Position numbers and translations under genes: made by a program. 64,000 bases of DNA from Thalia democratica (taxonomy: Eukaryota), in NCBI GenBank assembly GCA_965202585.1, contig OZ241831.1, positions 19,034,001 to 19,098,000 of the forward strand, given 5' to 3'. This document shows positions 50,401 through 62,764 of this stretch, in pieces (position 1 is the stretch's first letter; each line of letters opens with the position of its first letter). The notes beneath the pieces were generated by a model. The model was not told where the DNA came from. It searched no databases and was given only the letters and a program-made list of their open reading frames with translations.

Positions 50401-51974
50401 TGATACTTAAGTCTGTACTGTTTTAGGGAATTTTCAACTTAGCTTACTTTCGGGTGAATCGGGTGGGTTTTGAACGCGGGTGGATTTTGATAGTATACCT
50501 TAAAAAACATATGTTAATCGATTTATTCTAAATAATTAGCGAAATATGAGTTGTGTCATAATTAAACTTAAGTCTTTTACAGCTGTTAGAGAACGTTTTT
50601 TTTTGTCAGTTCTCTCTGACTAAAAACACTATGTCAAAACTATAACTGTTAGAAAACAAAACTACAATTTTTACAAAAACTAGTATACGTTATTTTACCA
50701 TTTGTGTCTGTTACTGAAATGTAACAAAAATAAGACAAATGAAGTAGAAAGTAAACAGTTTACAAAAATGGAGCAAAACTTGTGATATAAAATTAAAAAG
50801 CACAGTTCACGTATGAACAATAAAATTTTCTTAGTTTATATAGTTTTGTTCTACATAATTATCAATGTGCTTTTACGATTAAAAAGCTATGACTGCTTAC
50901 ATAAAAACTGAATTTATTTCACAATGTTATACACAGTTATTTTGTACTTTTGACACCGATTTGAAAAAATATATAATCTTTATAGTAAAAACGGACACCA
51001 ATGAAATTTTTACTTGAGTTATTAAAGTACTTTTGAAAGATATTAGTGACACATTGTGATATATATCCGTATATTTTATTTATACTTAATAATTAAATGT
51101 TATATTATGTAACTTGATATAAAGTTACCCTTTATAAATGTATAAACAGCCCGTAATGTTGAAAATTTATATCATTGACCCGCTCATTTAAGTCAAAGTA
51201 CTGATTTTTTTTCTAAAAAATAATACATTTTTAAGTTGTCCTTAAAAATTTAAATACTTTTGTGTATCTATAAGTTCTTTTTAATTAATTTTGACCACTT
51301 AATTTTTTTTTAATAGGGGCTCAGAAAAACTCAGATCTGTCTCGCCAAGCAGAAACCTCCGGCCCACAACGATTTTTTTGCTTGAAAGCTACTTGTGCGA
51401 TACAACCTAAGTTAATTTTTGTTTAATTAAAAAGTGTTTTCGATGTAGTCTTGTTTCTACTATCAGTAGTGCTTATTGAATGGTTAATCATTAAAATTTC
51501 GCTTTTATAGAGTTTAAAGTAATTTATTTTCGTTTAACTTTTAAAACTGGTTGTCGCAAAGAAACTTTTTCTTCTATTCGTGAAATATAGTAAATATAGT
51601 CCGCTACTTATTAAAGACTGTTGACCATTTTACACCTACAAATAATTTCTAAACTTATTTAGAGCAGTTTATTCATACTGATGGAAATCTTCAGTTACAA
51701 GAAATATTTAAAAGTTGTACTAAAAATAGTCGAAAACTATCATAGTTAATTTTAGCAATTGTTCATAAAAACTTCAAATTTAATTTTTATCTATTAAACT
51801 GCTCTATTTTAAAGAAAATTATTAAAACTAATACAAGAGTTATATACTAAATATAACGCTTAAATCTGTCCAAGACTTAGTTAATGTTTGTTTGTGATAT
51901 TCCTACGGCATCAAGTAAATAAATAAAAATCAAATGAGTGTTTAGAAAAATCTACAAATTTTTAGTGCACATAT

Positions 51975-52020
51975 AAGTTTAAAACGCTTTCAGGTTCAAA
52001 ACCCTTCTTCAAAAAAACTT
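51975..52020 (-). ncRNA. Degenerate hammerhead-like motif (Penelope-tail type)
   Basis: Minus strand: AAGUUU..UUGAAGA-AGGGUU(UUG)AACCU-GAAA-GCGUUUU-AAACUU. A 6-bp distal stem I is possible; C3 is replaced by U. Confidence 0.45.
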
Positions 52021-53858
52021 TTAATAAACTCAAACAGTTTTTATTTGAAGAAAATAAAAAGTTTTGTTTATTGATTTTTTGTATGTATGAGTTATAATTG
52101 TAATATAAATAAAATGATAGAATTTTTTATAGTAATAGAAATTTTTTGAAAATTCTAGTTAAAGTTAAACTCTTAAACTAATTCTTCTATCGTATATCAA
52201 GGTAAAATAAGAGTTAGTTTATTCATCGAATAATATAAACTTTTTGAACACGATAAAAAATTCGTCAGACAAAAGTTTTAGTAAATGGACTTGCTGTGTA
52301 GAGAGACCTTTCAATATTCTTGAAGTAATTCATGTTTTTAAAACTTTAGTCAAACAATGAAACTAGTTTGAATAAATAAACGTCGCTAGTTTTATTAACA
52401 AAAGCATTTTTTAAATTGTTTGTTGTAAAACTAATTAATAAAAGGTTAGAAACTTAAATAAAACATTAACTTTGTTGCTATTTTATTTCTACAAAGTTTC
52501 TTTTTCTAAATTCTTTTTTATCCATGTTTTAATAGTGTGCTACGTACCTGTAAACTATAAAGCTCTTTGTTTGAATAAACCAGCACAATTTTTTTTCTAT
52601 AAAACTTATAAATATTTTAATCATAATATGAAAAACAAGTTGTTTATAATTTTCATCTATTTTAAACTTAAAAAAATAATTAAAAAACTTATAATATAGC
52701 CTTTTTAATTATTTCTAACAGCTTTTTTATAACTAAAATATCTAAATATGTTTACAGTTTATGACAGGGTTTTCATAATGCCAAATAATTCTATTTTTAA
52801 TAATCTAGCTGTTGTAATTACTTTGCTTTGTTATTTTTAGACTTTCCTACCTTTATTCTTAACAACTAAACAAAAAAAAAACTTACAACTGTAGAACCGC
52901 TAGATACAAAATAGTCTCTTTATAGCTGCACTGCTTTCAAACCAAACTTAATTGTGATTATACGCTCAAAGCCACAATGACAATTATGACTTTTTGTGAA
53001 AAAATTATTATATTTTATGTAGTTATTTATGAAGTAAACTTATTAAAAATCAAAGCTTAAAAATTATATACTATTTAATTTTTTTACTATTCTATAAACT
53101 TAAAAGTGTAGAAGCCTTTCTAATAATTTCTATCAGCTTTTTTAGCTAAAATATTGTAGTAATTTTCAAAAACACTTATTGAATTAAAAAAAACTTTTTG
53201 GTTTTTTAGCGATTGGAAAAACGTTATGAATATTGTTTTTTAAAAGGTGATAAAGTATGTTGTATATAAAAAAATACTCATTACTCTAGGAGTTTTGTAT
53301 TTTTAGTAAGATGTTTTTTTTAAATTTATCTAAATTGTAAACTGTTTGAAACTACAACGTTATAATTATTAAAGTTTTTTTTATTTTCAAGGTAGAAATA
53401 TTAGTATGAAGTATGTAAATTAAACTGCTGTTATACAGAAACTAAACAAAGATATCAACAAAATAACGTAAAATATGCAAGAAAAACGATTTTACACAAT
53501 ATGTAACTAAAAATTAAGTTACTTTAGGTAAGCAGGTTGTTAAAAAAAAATTATGTTAATAATGTTGTATATTTATGATAATACATTAAACTCGGTAACT
53601 AAGATTATTTTTAGATAGTTTTACATTGGTGTTGTAATTTGATAAAGTTTAAAAAATGCACAAACTGAAAAACTGAAACACTATTTTCTCAATAGGTAAA
53701 ATAAAAAAAGGCTGCATTTTTGAGGAAAAGTACATAAACTCGATGGCAAGTTATTCGACATTTAATAAAGTTTTTGATATTGAACAAGTAAGAAATATTA
53801 AAATACTTGTTGTTAAAAAATAAAATAAACATACAAAAATAGTTAAATAAACTTTGTT

Positions 53859-55214
53859 TTAGAGCCATCTATCTATAACTGCAGATTCCTTTTTGTATGG
53901 TAAGGTATTTGACTTTTTGTTTCTCACAACGTTTTCCTTTTCAAGCTTAGATAACGAGTCATTAGAGTCTGAATTTTTGTTTTTATTTCTTGAGTGTCTA
54001 GATGTAGTATAATATTTTTCATCGTTTTTAAGCTTTTCCTTTCTTAGAGTTCCTTCTTGAGGTCTTGAGTTTCTTGGTCGAGTAGATTTTTTATCTTCAC
54101 TTCTGCGACTTCTGTTTTCTGATGGCTGATTTTTTCCTCGCCGATGGTAGTTATCAGAAGATCTTTTTATATCATAAAGTTGTTCTTTTTGTTTCATTAT
54201 TTCTTCCATCGCTTCCGAAGCTTTTTCTCGATCCTTTATTTCTTTTTTCTTGTTTTCAACGTTTTCTAATCTTTCGGTAATCTTTTCTTCTCTTTTTTGC
54301 AAAGATCTTTCTTTCAACTTCAATCCTTCTTCTTCTTGTCGAATTCTTTTCTCTCTTTTCTTTAACTTTTCCTCCTCCTCTCTAAGCAATGCTTCATCGT
54401 CGTCAAGCTGACTTTCAATTTCTTTAATTTTTTCCTCTTTTGAAATGAACAATGCACGACGAAGGCACAACTTGGAGTGTCTTTCGTCTATCTTTGCTTG
54501 TCGGGCTCGTAGCTTTGCGTCAAACTCTTCCAGCTTTGCCTCTGCTACTTTCAATTTAGTTTCCGGTAACGCTCGTTTGTTGGCTTTTGTTCTTTTTTTT
54601 GCGAGTTGTTCAAGTTGTTTAGCCCTCTCCAGACTTATCGGTGGCTCAATACCAAGAGCGGCATTCTCGAGTGGAAAAATTATTTCTTTGTCATCTTCAG
54701 CTTCGCTTTCTTCTGCAACCATGGGAGGTAGTTTTTGACCGCCGGGAGTGTTTGCAAGATCATAGTACCTTTCTACTTCTTGCTCCTTTGACGCCTCGAC
54801 ACTCATAGCAGGGTTGACGCTCACCACTCTGTCCCTGATTGGAAGCGAAATTTCTGGCCGATCTTTTTTAGATTTTTCAACTTCTTCCTGATTGATCCTT
54901 TTATCTATCTCGTCTTCGCTGCTTTCAGAGCTCGAACTTTTTTCAAAGGTTTTGCTCTCTGAAATGATTTGAGTTCGACTTTTCTCAAGCTCTTTTTGCT
55001 TCAACCTCATTTCTTTCAGCTTTGTGGCGTAATCCTCGCCGCTAGGTCCTTCTATGACGTCATCGTTCGACGTGGTTGCGAGAGATTTTTCGTCGGAAGA
55101 TTCGACAAGTGCGTTTCTGTCTTTCATTTCGGAATGAAGGGCTTTGAGTAGGTTTTTTGAGTTTGCGCTTCCTCCAGTGAACGGGCCCGGTATTATTGGC
55201 TTTCTTGAAGGCAT
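53859..55214 (-). CDS. Uncharacterised 451-aa highly charged protein with a central coiled coil
   Basis: 1356-nt ORF with an ATG start, much higher GC than the flanks and an E/K/R-rich helical stretch (about aa 190-345). A candidate acceptor AG at 55233-55232 lies 17 nt upstream. No recognisable domain. Confidence 0.7.
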   Translation of the reverse strand: MPSRKPIIPGPFTGGSANSKNLLKALHSEMKDRNALVESSDEKSLATTSNDDVIEGPSGEDYATKLKEMRLKQKELEKSRTQIISESKTFEKSSSSESSEDEIDKRINQEEVEKSKKDRPEISLPIRDRVVSVNPAMSVEASKEQEVERYYDLANTPGGQKLPPMVAEESEAEDDKEIIFPLENAALGIEPPISLERAKQLEQLAKKRTKANKRALPETKLKVAEAKLEEFDAKLRARQAKIDERHSKLCLRRALFISKEEKIKEIESQLDDDEALLREEEEKLKKREKRIRQEEEGLKLKERSLQKREEKITERLENVENKKKEIKDREKASEAMEEIMKQKEQLYDIKRSSDNYHRRGKNQPSENRSRRSEDKKSTRPRNSRPQEGTLRKEKLKNDEKYYTTSRHSRNKNKNSDSNDSLSKLEKENVVRNKKSNTLPYKKESAVIDRWL

Positions 55215-57836
55215 TTTTATAATATTATTTTCTGTTTTTAACGTAACACTTTAGATAATGTTTAATTCTTAATATAAAAATATATAGATTAAGATAGGTT
55301 TATTATAAGCAATGGTCTTTAAAATTCCGTTTTGAACATATACAAGAATTTTCAGCTTTGTAATATTTTTGCCTAAAAGAAAAGTACCTTACTTTTGCTG
55401 CTGGTAAACGTAAAAATATTAAGATGAAGCTAGTTTAAATTAAAAGCATTCTTACGTTCAAAAATTTTAATATATAAGTAAGTTCAAATAAAAAAATATT
55501 GTGTAAGTACTAAAAGATTTGTGCTAAATTCCTATAAAACTCTTAAAAATTAATATTTTATAAACCATTTAATAATTTACTGTAATATACTAAATTAATT
55601 AAGTTTAGGTAAAAATTTAAAAAGTATCACATACAACATAAAAATTAAAGTGTTTTTAAAAGTTACTTTTTTTACATTAACACCAAGCAGTTAGACTATT
55701 AAGGTTATTAATTTTGAACTATACTAGATGAAAGTAAGTTGTTTTAGGTTAAAATTTTTCAATACATAAAACAAAACTAAAAAAAAATAATTAAGTTAAT
55801 TTAGGATGTAAATAAACATATGTTTTTAAAAGATAGTGTCTATATTTTAAAACAAAGCAAGTATCACTAAAAGCATTATAATTTTAGTAGAATAGTATAA
55901 AGTTATAACAAATAAATTAAAAAAAAAACGAACAGCTTACGAACAAAATGTGTTACATTTCATTCTTAATTTTTAATAAACACAAACTACAGCTGAAAAC
56001 TTTAATCTGATTATAGTGGTTTTGAAACAATTTAGTTCTTTCAAGAATCTATCTTAATAAAAACACCTTTTGGTTACGCTTATTTTCTCTTAACATCAAT
56101 TCATACTTTAAATTTTAGATTGAAGCTTATCAAAATGAATAAAAATTTTACCATACTTAACAAACTTTAGTTTAGTTTAACTATTTCGTTTTAATTTAAA
56201 CCTTAATTAAAATAAAAAGTTTTACACTTATAGCGTTTCAATCAGTTTCTTAAAATCAAATAGTAAAACGTTATGTTTATAATTTAACTAGCTAAAAATA
56301 AAACTGCATTACAAAGTTAAATACTTTTTTATCAATATTATGTCAATATATGCTTTCTTTAAATTTGCTACGTCTTAAAATTAGCCTGAAGCATTCTGCT
56401 AAGTCATAGTCTGTTAATTGTAAACAAATAAATAAGTCTAGCATCTATATAAAATACTTAGGGTTTTATAAAATATATTTTTCCTAATAAACAGAACTAT
56501 TTGTTTGTCGACAACGATTGTAGAAGAGATCTAAAAAAAGCGAAGTCTATTTTATACTCATGTACATTAGAGAGGGTGTGTTTACGTTTTTTATAGTCAC
56601 TTTCTCTGAACTTCGAAATTCTTTTTACGCTCGGATAATTTCATCTGCTTATAGAAACACGCAGTCATGTTAAGCGTTCTGATGTTATGAATACAACAAA
56701 CAGCTTTTTTAAATTTCTTAACTTCAAAATACGCATCTATTTACGTATCATCACATTTTCTAAATATTTTTTTTTATTCAGATATATTTGAGTAATTCAG
56801 AATATTCAAAAGGACAATTCTTCCTAACAGAATTATTGTGTAAAATACTATCGATAAAAGTTATCGGGATTGGTCATAATTTTAATATTTCAAACGTAAT
56901 TAACTCTTAAGAAAGCTTTTAATATAATGTTTTTTTAAAATTTCAGACTCTTTTTAGTTACTATCGAACAAAAGAAAAGACTAATGATTGTTACTAATTC
57001 CTTTAGAACAAAACGTTTTGTGTGAGTAATTTAAGTACTACAATCTAACACTTTGCGCAGCTTAAATTTTGTGTGAAAAAAGTAACCGAAATTGACCCTA
57101 TGTGCCTCTATTAATTTAAAACACCACGAGCAAAATATATAAATTTGAAACTGTCTATAACAAACATTTATAATAATTTTTTGTTTGATTTTCAGTACAA
57201 ATTAGTGTTAGTGCTTTTTAATTGGATAGATTACTACAACTTTGCTTTTAAACAGTGTTTTTTAAGTTTGTACAATAAGTCGACCCACTAACTAGAAAAG
57301 TATTGACCAACCCTAGCTTGATATTAGCTCGTAGTAATATAAAAATACTATTTTTAAATATAAAGAATTCAACATAATTATGCAGTTTTAAATAATGAAC
57401 AAAATATGAAACTTTTACTTGGCGGGATAAGTTTTAATATAAATTAAAATATTTTTACGAGCCGTAATAAAACCGACAAGTTTTAAGTGAAGCTTTAATT
57501 TATAAACAAAAAAAAAGTTAGATTTGGAAAGATATGTTTCTCTATTTTTGTATAAAACTTAACTACAACAAAAATAAATAGAATCATTATTATAATTTTG
57601 CATACAATGTTTATTTTTTACACTTTATTTTTAATGCTTCACGTGAAAAACAATCAATAAGTTCATAACTGAAATGCTAAACGTAAAGACTCATATAGAA
57701 TTTAAAAACATGTTATATTATTTTATCGATCTGAATGAAGTTTCTTAAGCAGCCATTTTTATTATATCACTTTTCCAATTATAAAGAGTATTTAAAAAAA
57801 AGTATTTTTTCATAAAAAATTGTTATTCATCTAGCC

Positions 57837-58072
57837 CAGTTTTTGTGATAAAAATTTACAATTAAGCTCTTAGTTTTATGATTAGCAACTACTTGTGCTT
57901 TATTACTGCAGATTTTGTCAATTATGTGCTTTAAAATAGTATTTTTTTATTGATTACTACCATTATTTAAATAAATGAAGCCCGCAAAGACTGTTTTATA
58001 CAGACTCCGGCTTGCGAGCAATTTTTTTCTAGGCAAATTGGTCTGCGACTTTTAACAGGCTGCCGACCACTG
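57837..58072. mobile_element. Old hAT (Buster-type) MITE
   Basis: Right end GGCTGCCGACCACTG, degraded left end CAGTTTTTG, flanks ATCTAGCC and ATCTAACC (7 of 8 match). Confidence 0.6.
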
Positions 58073-59249
58073 ATCTAACCTAGTTTCTTAAATAACTTAC
58101 AAAAATAGATACCAAAAATCTTTAAATAAGAGGTATTCTTAGATATATTATTCTAAGTTATTCGGTAGCTAAATTATTTTTTAATTCCAGTACACTAAAA
58201 TACCTCCTGTACCTGAATATATTTTTATCTCAACTTTTTTTAAAGTGAATGATTCAAGTCGATTTGATCTATGTCAGAGGTCACACAAAGTTTGTTTCCT
58301 AAAGTGATAGAAGAAGAGAATAACAACACAAAAAACTTTAAAAAAACTAAAGATATTCAAAGCCTTTTTATTATAAAATGATTAGTTTTAGAACAAAGAG
58401 TTTGAATAGGAATAAAATATGCTTGATACATCCAAAAAAATACATGTGGTTTTAAAATTACCATATACGAACATCCTAACGTCATATTAATTGGTAAAGA
58501 GTATCAAATAAGGTACTGAATAAGTTTATTATGCATTAAAACTTAGAATTATTTTTTGATCTATCGTTAAGTCTTGACATAAAAGACTGGACATCGTATT
58601 GAAAAAAAAGTTATATTATTTAAAAAATTAACTGTTTCATGTAAAATATCTAAGTTGAACAAATTACACATTGTTTTTATAACAAACATGTTTTTATAAC
58701 AAGTAAAAGTGTAAAAATAATAAAAGGGTGCAAAAAGATGGTTAGTAAATGAAAAATCAATAAACTACTTGAATTGAATATTAAATGTTTTATCTCGACG
58801 TTTAAGTTTGTTTACAGTTTGTAGTATTAATCTCATCCAAACTAAGGCAATAACAATCTACTTGACATGACAGGAACTAAATGATCAGAAGGAGTTTGAT
58901 TGTGTTGCTACTCTTTTTTATAAATAAGAAATTCATTTTTGCTTTATGTATAATTTTTGATTATATACTAAATCAGATATGGCTTACTATAACATAAAAC
59001 GCTAAGTGACGATAACGTTCTATCTTATCTTGAAGCCATCACCTAACTAGTACTTATCCTTTAAAGACTATGAATATTAACAAATATGATAAAGTTCACT
59101 TATGAAACTAACAAACTTTGTGCTTAATGACTAATAATAAACTTATACAAAGTGTCTGCGATAAAAAAATGTTTCATTTACACAACTAATAAACATTATA
59201 AAAAATCTGAAAGTAATTTTAACTGAGGTACGCTCATCGCACTTTCTAA

Positions 59250-59504
59250 AGACTAATGAGCCATTTCTTAACATTGTCTGGAAACAAGTACACAATTTTA
59301 ACTGATTTTAGCACCTACTAGCGGAAAACTATTAAAAAAACGAAATCGAGAACCGATCTCGTTACGTTAATTTTCAGAGTTTTCATAACGTATTTTATTT
59401 TATACTTTACATAAAGTTTTATTACTTTTCCCTTAGTTTGTGCTATAATCTGCCGAAATAATATACTTATTTCTAGACTACGTTAAGAAATAGCTCATTA
59501 GTCT
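59250..59504. mobile_element. MITE-like element, 255 bp, with long inverted termini
   Basis: AGACTAATGAGCCATTTCTTAAC (59250-59272) versus the reverse complement of 59482-59504: 22 of 23 match, extending imperfectly to about 35 bp. No clear TSD. Confidence 0.65.
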
Positions 59505-59606
59505 ACAGCTGGCGCAAAAAGCGCAGCTCAGTAGCTTTCAGCTACACAGCTCAATTCTGTTATTCTTTATCTTGTATCTTTTCACTGATTTTCTACTATT
59601 ATGCTT

Positions 59607-60209
59607 TCAGCTATGTACTGTGGTGTTTCTGTTTGGGTTAGGTTTTCTTGCAGCTATGTACTGTGGCGTTTCTGTGTGGTGCGAGGGCTCTTTTTTAGCT
59701 GTGTGCGAATCTCGTCCTGTATAAGTTTTTTTTTTCTGAACTATCCTGAGTCTTTTTCCTTCCTGCTCAACCTTGTTTCTTATGACCTGCTTTTCTAATT
59801 CCTTAGTTTGACGCATAATATATCTCAATTCATCTTTTAAGCTTGTTAACTCACTAGAGGTAGGGGCTTTGCTCCTCATCATGTCGAAAGCTGGTTACAC
59901 TCTTCCATGATTTAACATTCTTCTGTCACCTTGTTAAGTCACCATCATGGGCTGTTTAGCATCTCTACTGATTCTGAACTTTTCTTTTGGTTTTTATAAG
60001 ACCTTACGTCCGTGTCCGAGTTACCAGTTGTAGGAGGTGGTAAATCTATCTTGATAATAGGGGCCTGGAAAACCATACTACTGTTATTTACTGCAGGGGT
60101 TCGCTCGTTGGTTCTAATTGGGTAGTAAGCTAGAAATACCCACTTCTCCTTTTTTAGTAGGCGCCTTGACCTTTTTACACTTGGAATTAAAATCTCTTTT
60201 ACTAAACAT
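59607..60209 (-). pseudogene. Disrupted coding-like segment (Pro-rich plus short coiled coil), identity unknown
   Basis: A GC-richer island giving three successive peptides in different frames: MFSKRDFNSKCKKVKAPTKK..., ...VFQAPIIKIDLPPPTTGNSD... and the 91-aa ORF ...ELTSLKDELRYIMRQTKELEKQV.... Confidence 0.4.
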
Positions 60210-61744
60210 GAAAATATACTACCTGAATTTCACTGCTTCATTAGGTTAATTTAGTAAGTAATAAACATGTAATAAACTTGATATATTTAAAGTATTTTTT
60301 AATGAAATTATTTTAAAGAAAAGCGACAAAGCAGCTAATCTATCAGTAGAACAAAGTACTGCGAAAATATATTCAACGATCAAATTTTATAAATTAAAAA
60401 CGTTCTTATTAAGTGTCTTATTGAGTGACAAAAGCAAAATCTTAAATGCGATGTACTTTGTGCTTAAGCTGACGGCTAATAGGGAACAAAAATATACATA
60501 GGTTAAGTTTTTATATAGTGATTTTTAGAAACAATTCTTTAGCGCAACTTGCGGTCTTTCCAAGACAAAAATGTATCTATTTTGTTACCATTAGTCATAT
60601 AAAATTTATTATCTTTTTGCTTCTGTTTTTTTAATCGAGTAAGAATTAATATTATATTTTTTTGTGCATTATCAGTTATTTTTTAAGTTTACAATAAAAC
60701 TTAGCCTTATGTTATCTTCTCGTTATTCTGATAGTACAATTTTGATGAAAGCTATTAAAGTATATTAACTGAGTAGTAAATTGAATTTTCACTAAATCTA
60801 TACATATTTTGTTTTTGAATACATAGGATTTATATTCAACTTAAAAAAATATTCAAATACCAATTATTATTGTCATAAACATTAATTTAAGTTTTAGATC
60901 TTTATTAATAATATCGCACTAAAGGTATAAGAAAAAAAAAGTGAAACTAAAAAAACTTCTAGCGAACGGTTGTGCTTTTTTACTTTATGACTCATATCAT
61001 TTCAAAAAATAAGAGTTTTAATTAATTTATACAGTGTAGTCCGAGTGGTCTAAGAACTGTAAATAGAATTAAAAAATCATTTATTAGTTTTCAAAGAAAA
61101 TTATTAATAAGGAAGCCAATAAATTGAGTTTTATGCAAAAAAAAAAACTAAAAGTTAAGTTATGTTAATTGGCATTAGATTATTTGACGATATTCTGTGT
61201 TATAAAAATTATTTAAACATCTTTAAATGTACATAAAGAAATATAAACTTCATAACAAATTTTAATGATTTTTTTTTAGTTTTGATATTTAAAAGTTTAC
61301 AAAGTTGTCTTAGTAATTTTTTGAAAATCTTCAGTTTTATACTTAACAGACACAAATGTTGCCATAATATTAAAATATTTTTACACTGATTTTTCCTAAC
61401 CTGGTAAACCTTTATTAGTTGTTTTAAAAGGCTGATATTAAGCCTAGAAATGTTTATACTATAAAAACTTTTAGTTTAGAAGATTTTAATAAAATTAGCA
61501 TTTTATACTAAATTTGTACTTATTTTGAACTTATAGTCATAATAGATATAACTTATAATCAGTTTTAGCCGATGTATATCAGGATGTATTATATAATACA
61601 CCTTATAGAACTTTTTAAAATTCCCAAAAGTATAGAAAAAGTTAAGTTACGTGCTAATATAGACACTCAAATAAGGAAGATTTAAACAAGTTAGTAAATT
61701 AAATCGTTGAAACTTAGTTTGTTCAACTTTTATCTAAACAGAAC

Positions 61745-62360
61745 ACTAAATATATGCTCAAATTTCACCGTTTTCAAAGAAGAACTTACGAAAATTGAAA
61801 TCTTAACATTTAAGAATCAATATCAACAAAATCTTATACAGTGAAAAATTAACAAACTTCATAAAATTTATAAAATCGACAACTAAACATTCAAAAAATA
61901 TACCAAAAGAAAAATTAAAAAAAAAAAAACACCAAAAACTTCTCTTTTTTCACAATAGTTTACGTTTGTAATTTTCCATTACGGTTTCAAAAACAATTAG
62001 CATCTATTTTATAGCAAAAAAGTTTCTTAATACTTATACTTCAGCAACAAAAACAAATGATCGGAAATATTCGACGCGAACCATACTTTTGGATACATGT
62101 GCTCTGCAGGTCAGAACATCTCTTACTTTGGAAAGACATCACGACAAGTTTTCCGACGTTTTACAGATCACTGTGGAACATATAAAAACAGCGCAATGTT
62201 CGACTACCTAAATAGTTGCACAAACTGTCAAATCAAAACTCTGACATCGTAAAAAGCTTTTAAGTTTTGATGTAAACAGAGCGAATACTAAAGTCTGGAA
62301 TCAATATTGATTAAGTAAGAGCGGCCCAAGCTTAACACGCAAACAAAATTTAAAGTAAAA
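61745..62360 (+). mobile_element. Decayed Penelope-like element: RT thumb/linker plus GIY-YIG domain
   Basis: NICSNFTVFKEELTKIEILTFKNQY (about 61749-61825), then GYMCSAGQNISYFGKTSRQVFRRFTDHC...NSAMFDYLNSCTNC...SLESILIK*ERPKLNTQ (about 62090-62343), with stops. Confidence 0.8.
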
Positions 62361-62764
62361 TAATTTTTATTAATAACTTAGTAATTAACTTACCTTTACT
62401 TTAGTTTTACTTGCTACATCAAAAAAGTTGTATTAGTTTAAAACTTAAACCCTATATTCCCATCTCTTAAAATTTTGAACTTGTTTTTTTAAACTGTCTA
62501 CTAAATAAATATTTTGAAATTAATTTCCTACTTGACAATAAATTTTGTTTAATTTTGAAAATATATAGAAAAAAGACTCAACTAAATACATCATACTTAG
62601 TTGCAAATGATACATAATTTGAAAAAAAAATTAAATAAGCTAAACGTGTTTTTTTAAGATAAATAAGTTTTTTAATTTTTTTCTTTATAGTTTTGTCATT
62701 TATCTTGATTAAATGTAGAAAATATAATTCTTTGCTTAGGACTTTAGTTATTTTAAGAATATCT

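Noticed and set aside
14727-53000. Many 60-90 aa AT-rich ORFs (e.g. 14727, 18115, 20824, 24887, 25328, 27282, 35524, 41352, 43568, 52472)
   Set aside because: F/L/I/K/N-biased chance ORFs, mostly with non-ATG starts, typical of AT-rich non-coding DNA.
54445-55151. Plus-strand ORFs 54445-54738 and 54969-55151
   Set aside because: Antisense shadows of the 451-aa ORF.
56500-57320. Slightly GC-richer tract with a faint PKLTLC (PDLTPC-like) peptide suggesting Tc1/mariner
   Set aside because: The evidence is too weak and there are no TIRs.
61036-61054. GTAGTCCGAGTGGTCTAAG resembling a tRNA D-arm/A-box (also GGGATTTGAAC near 12217)
   Set aside because: No partner box or cloverleaf; at most SINE remnants.
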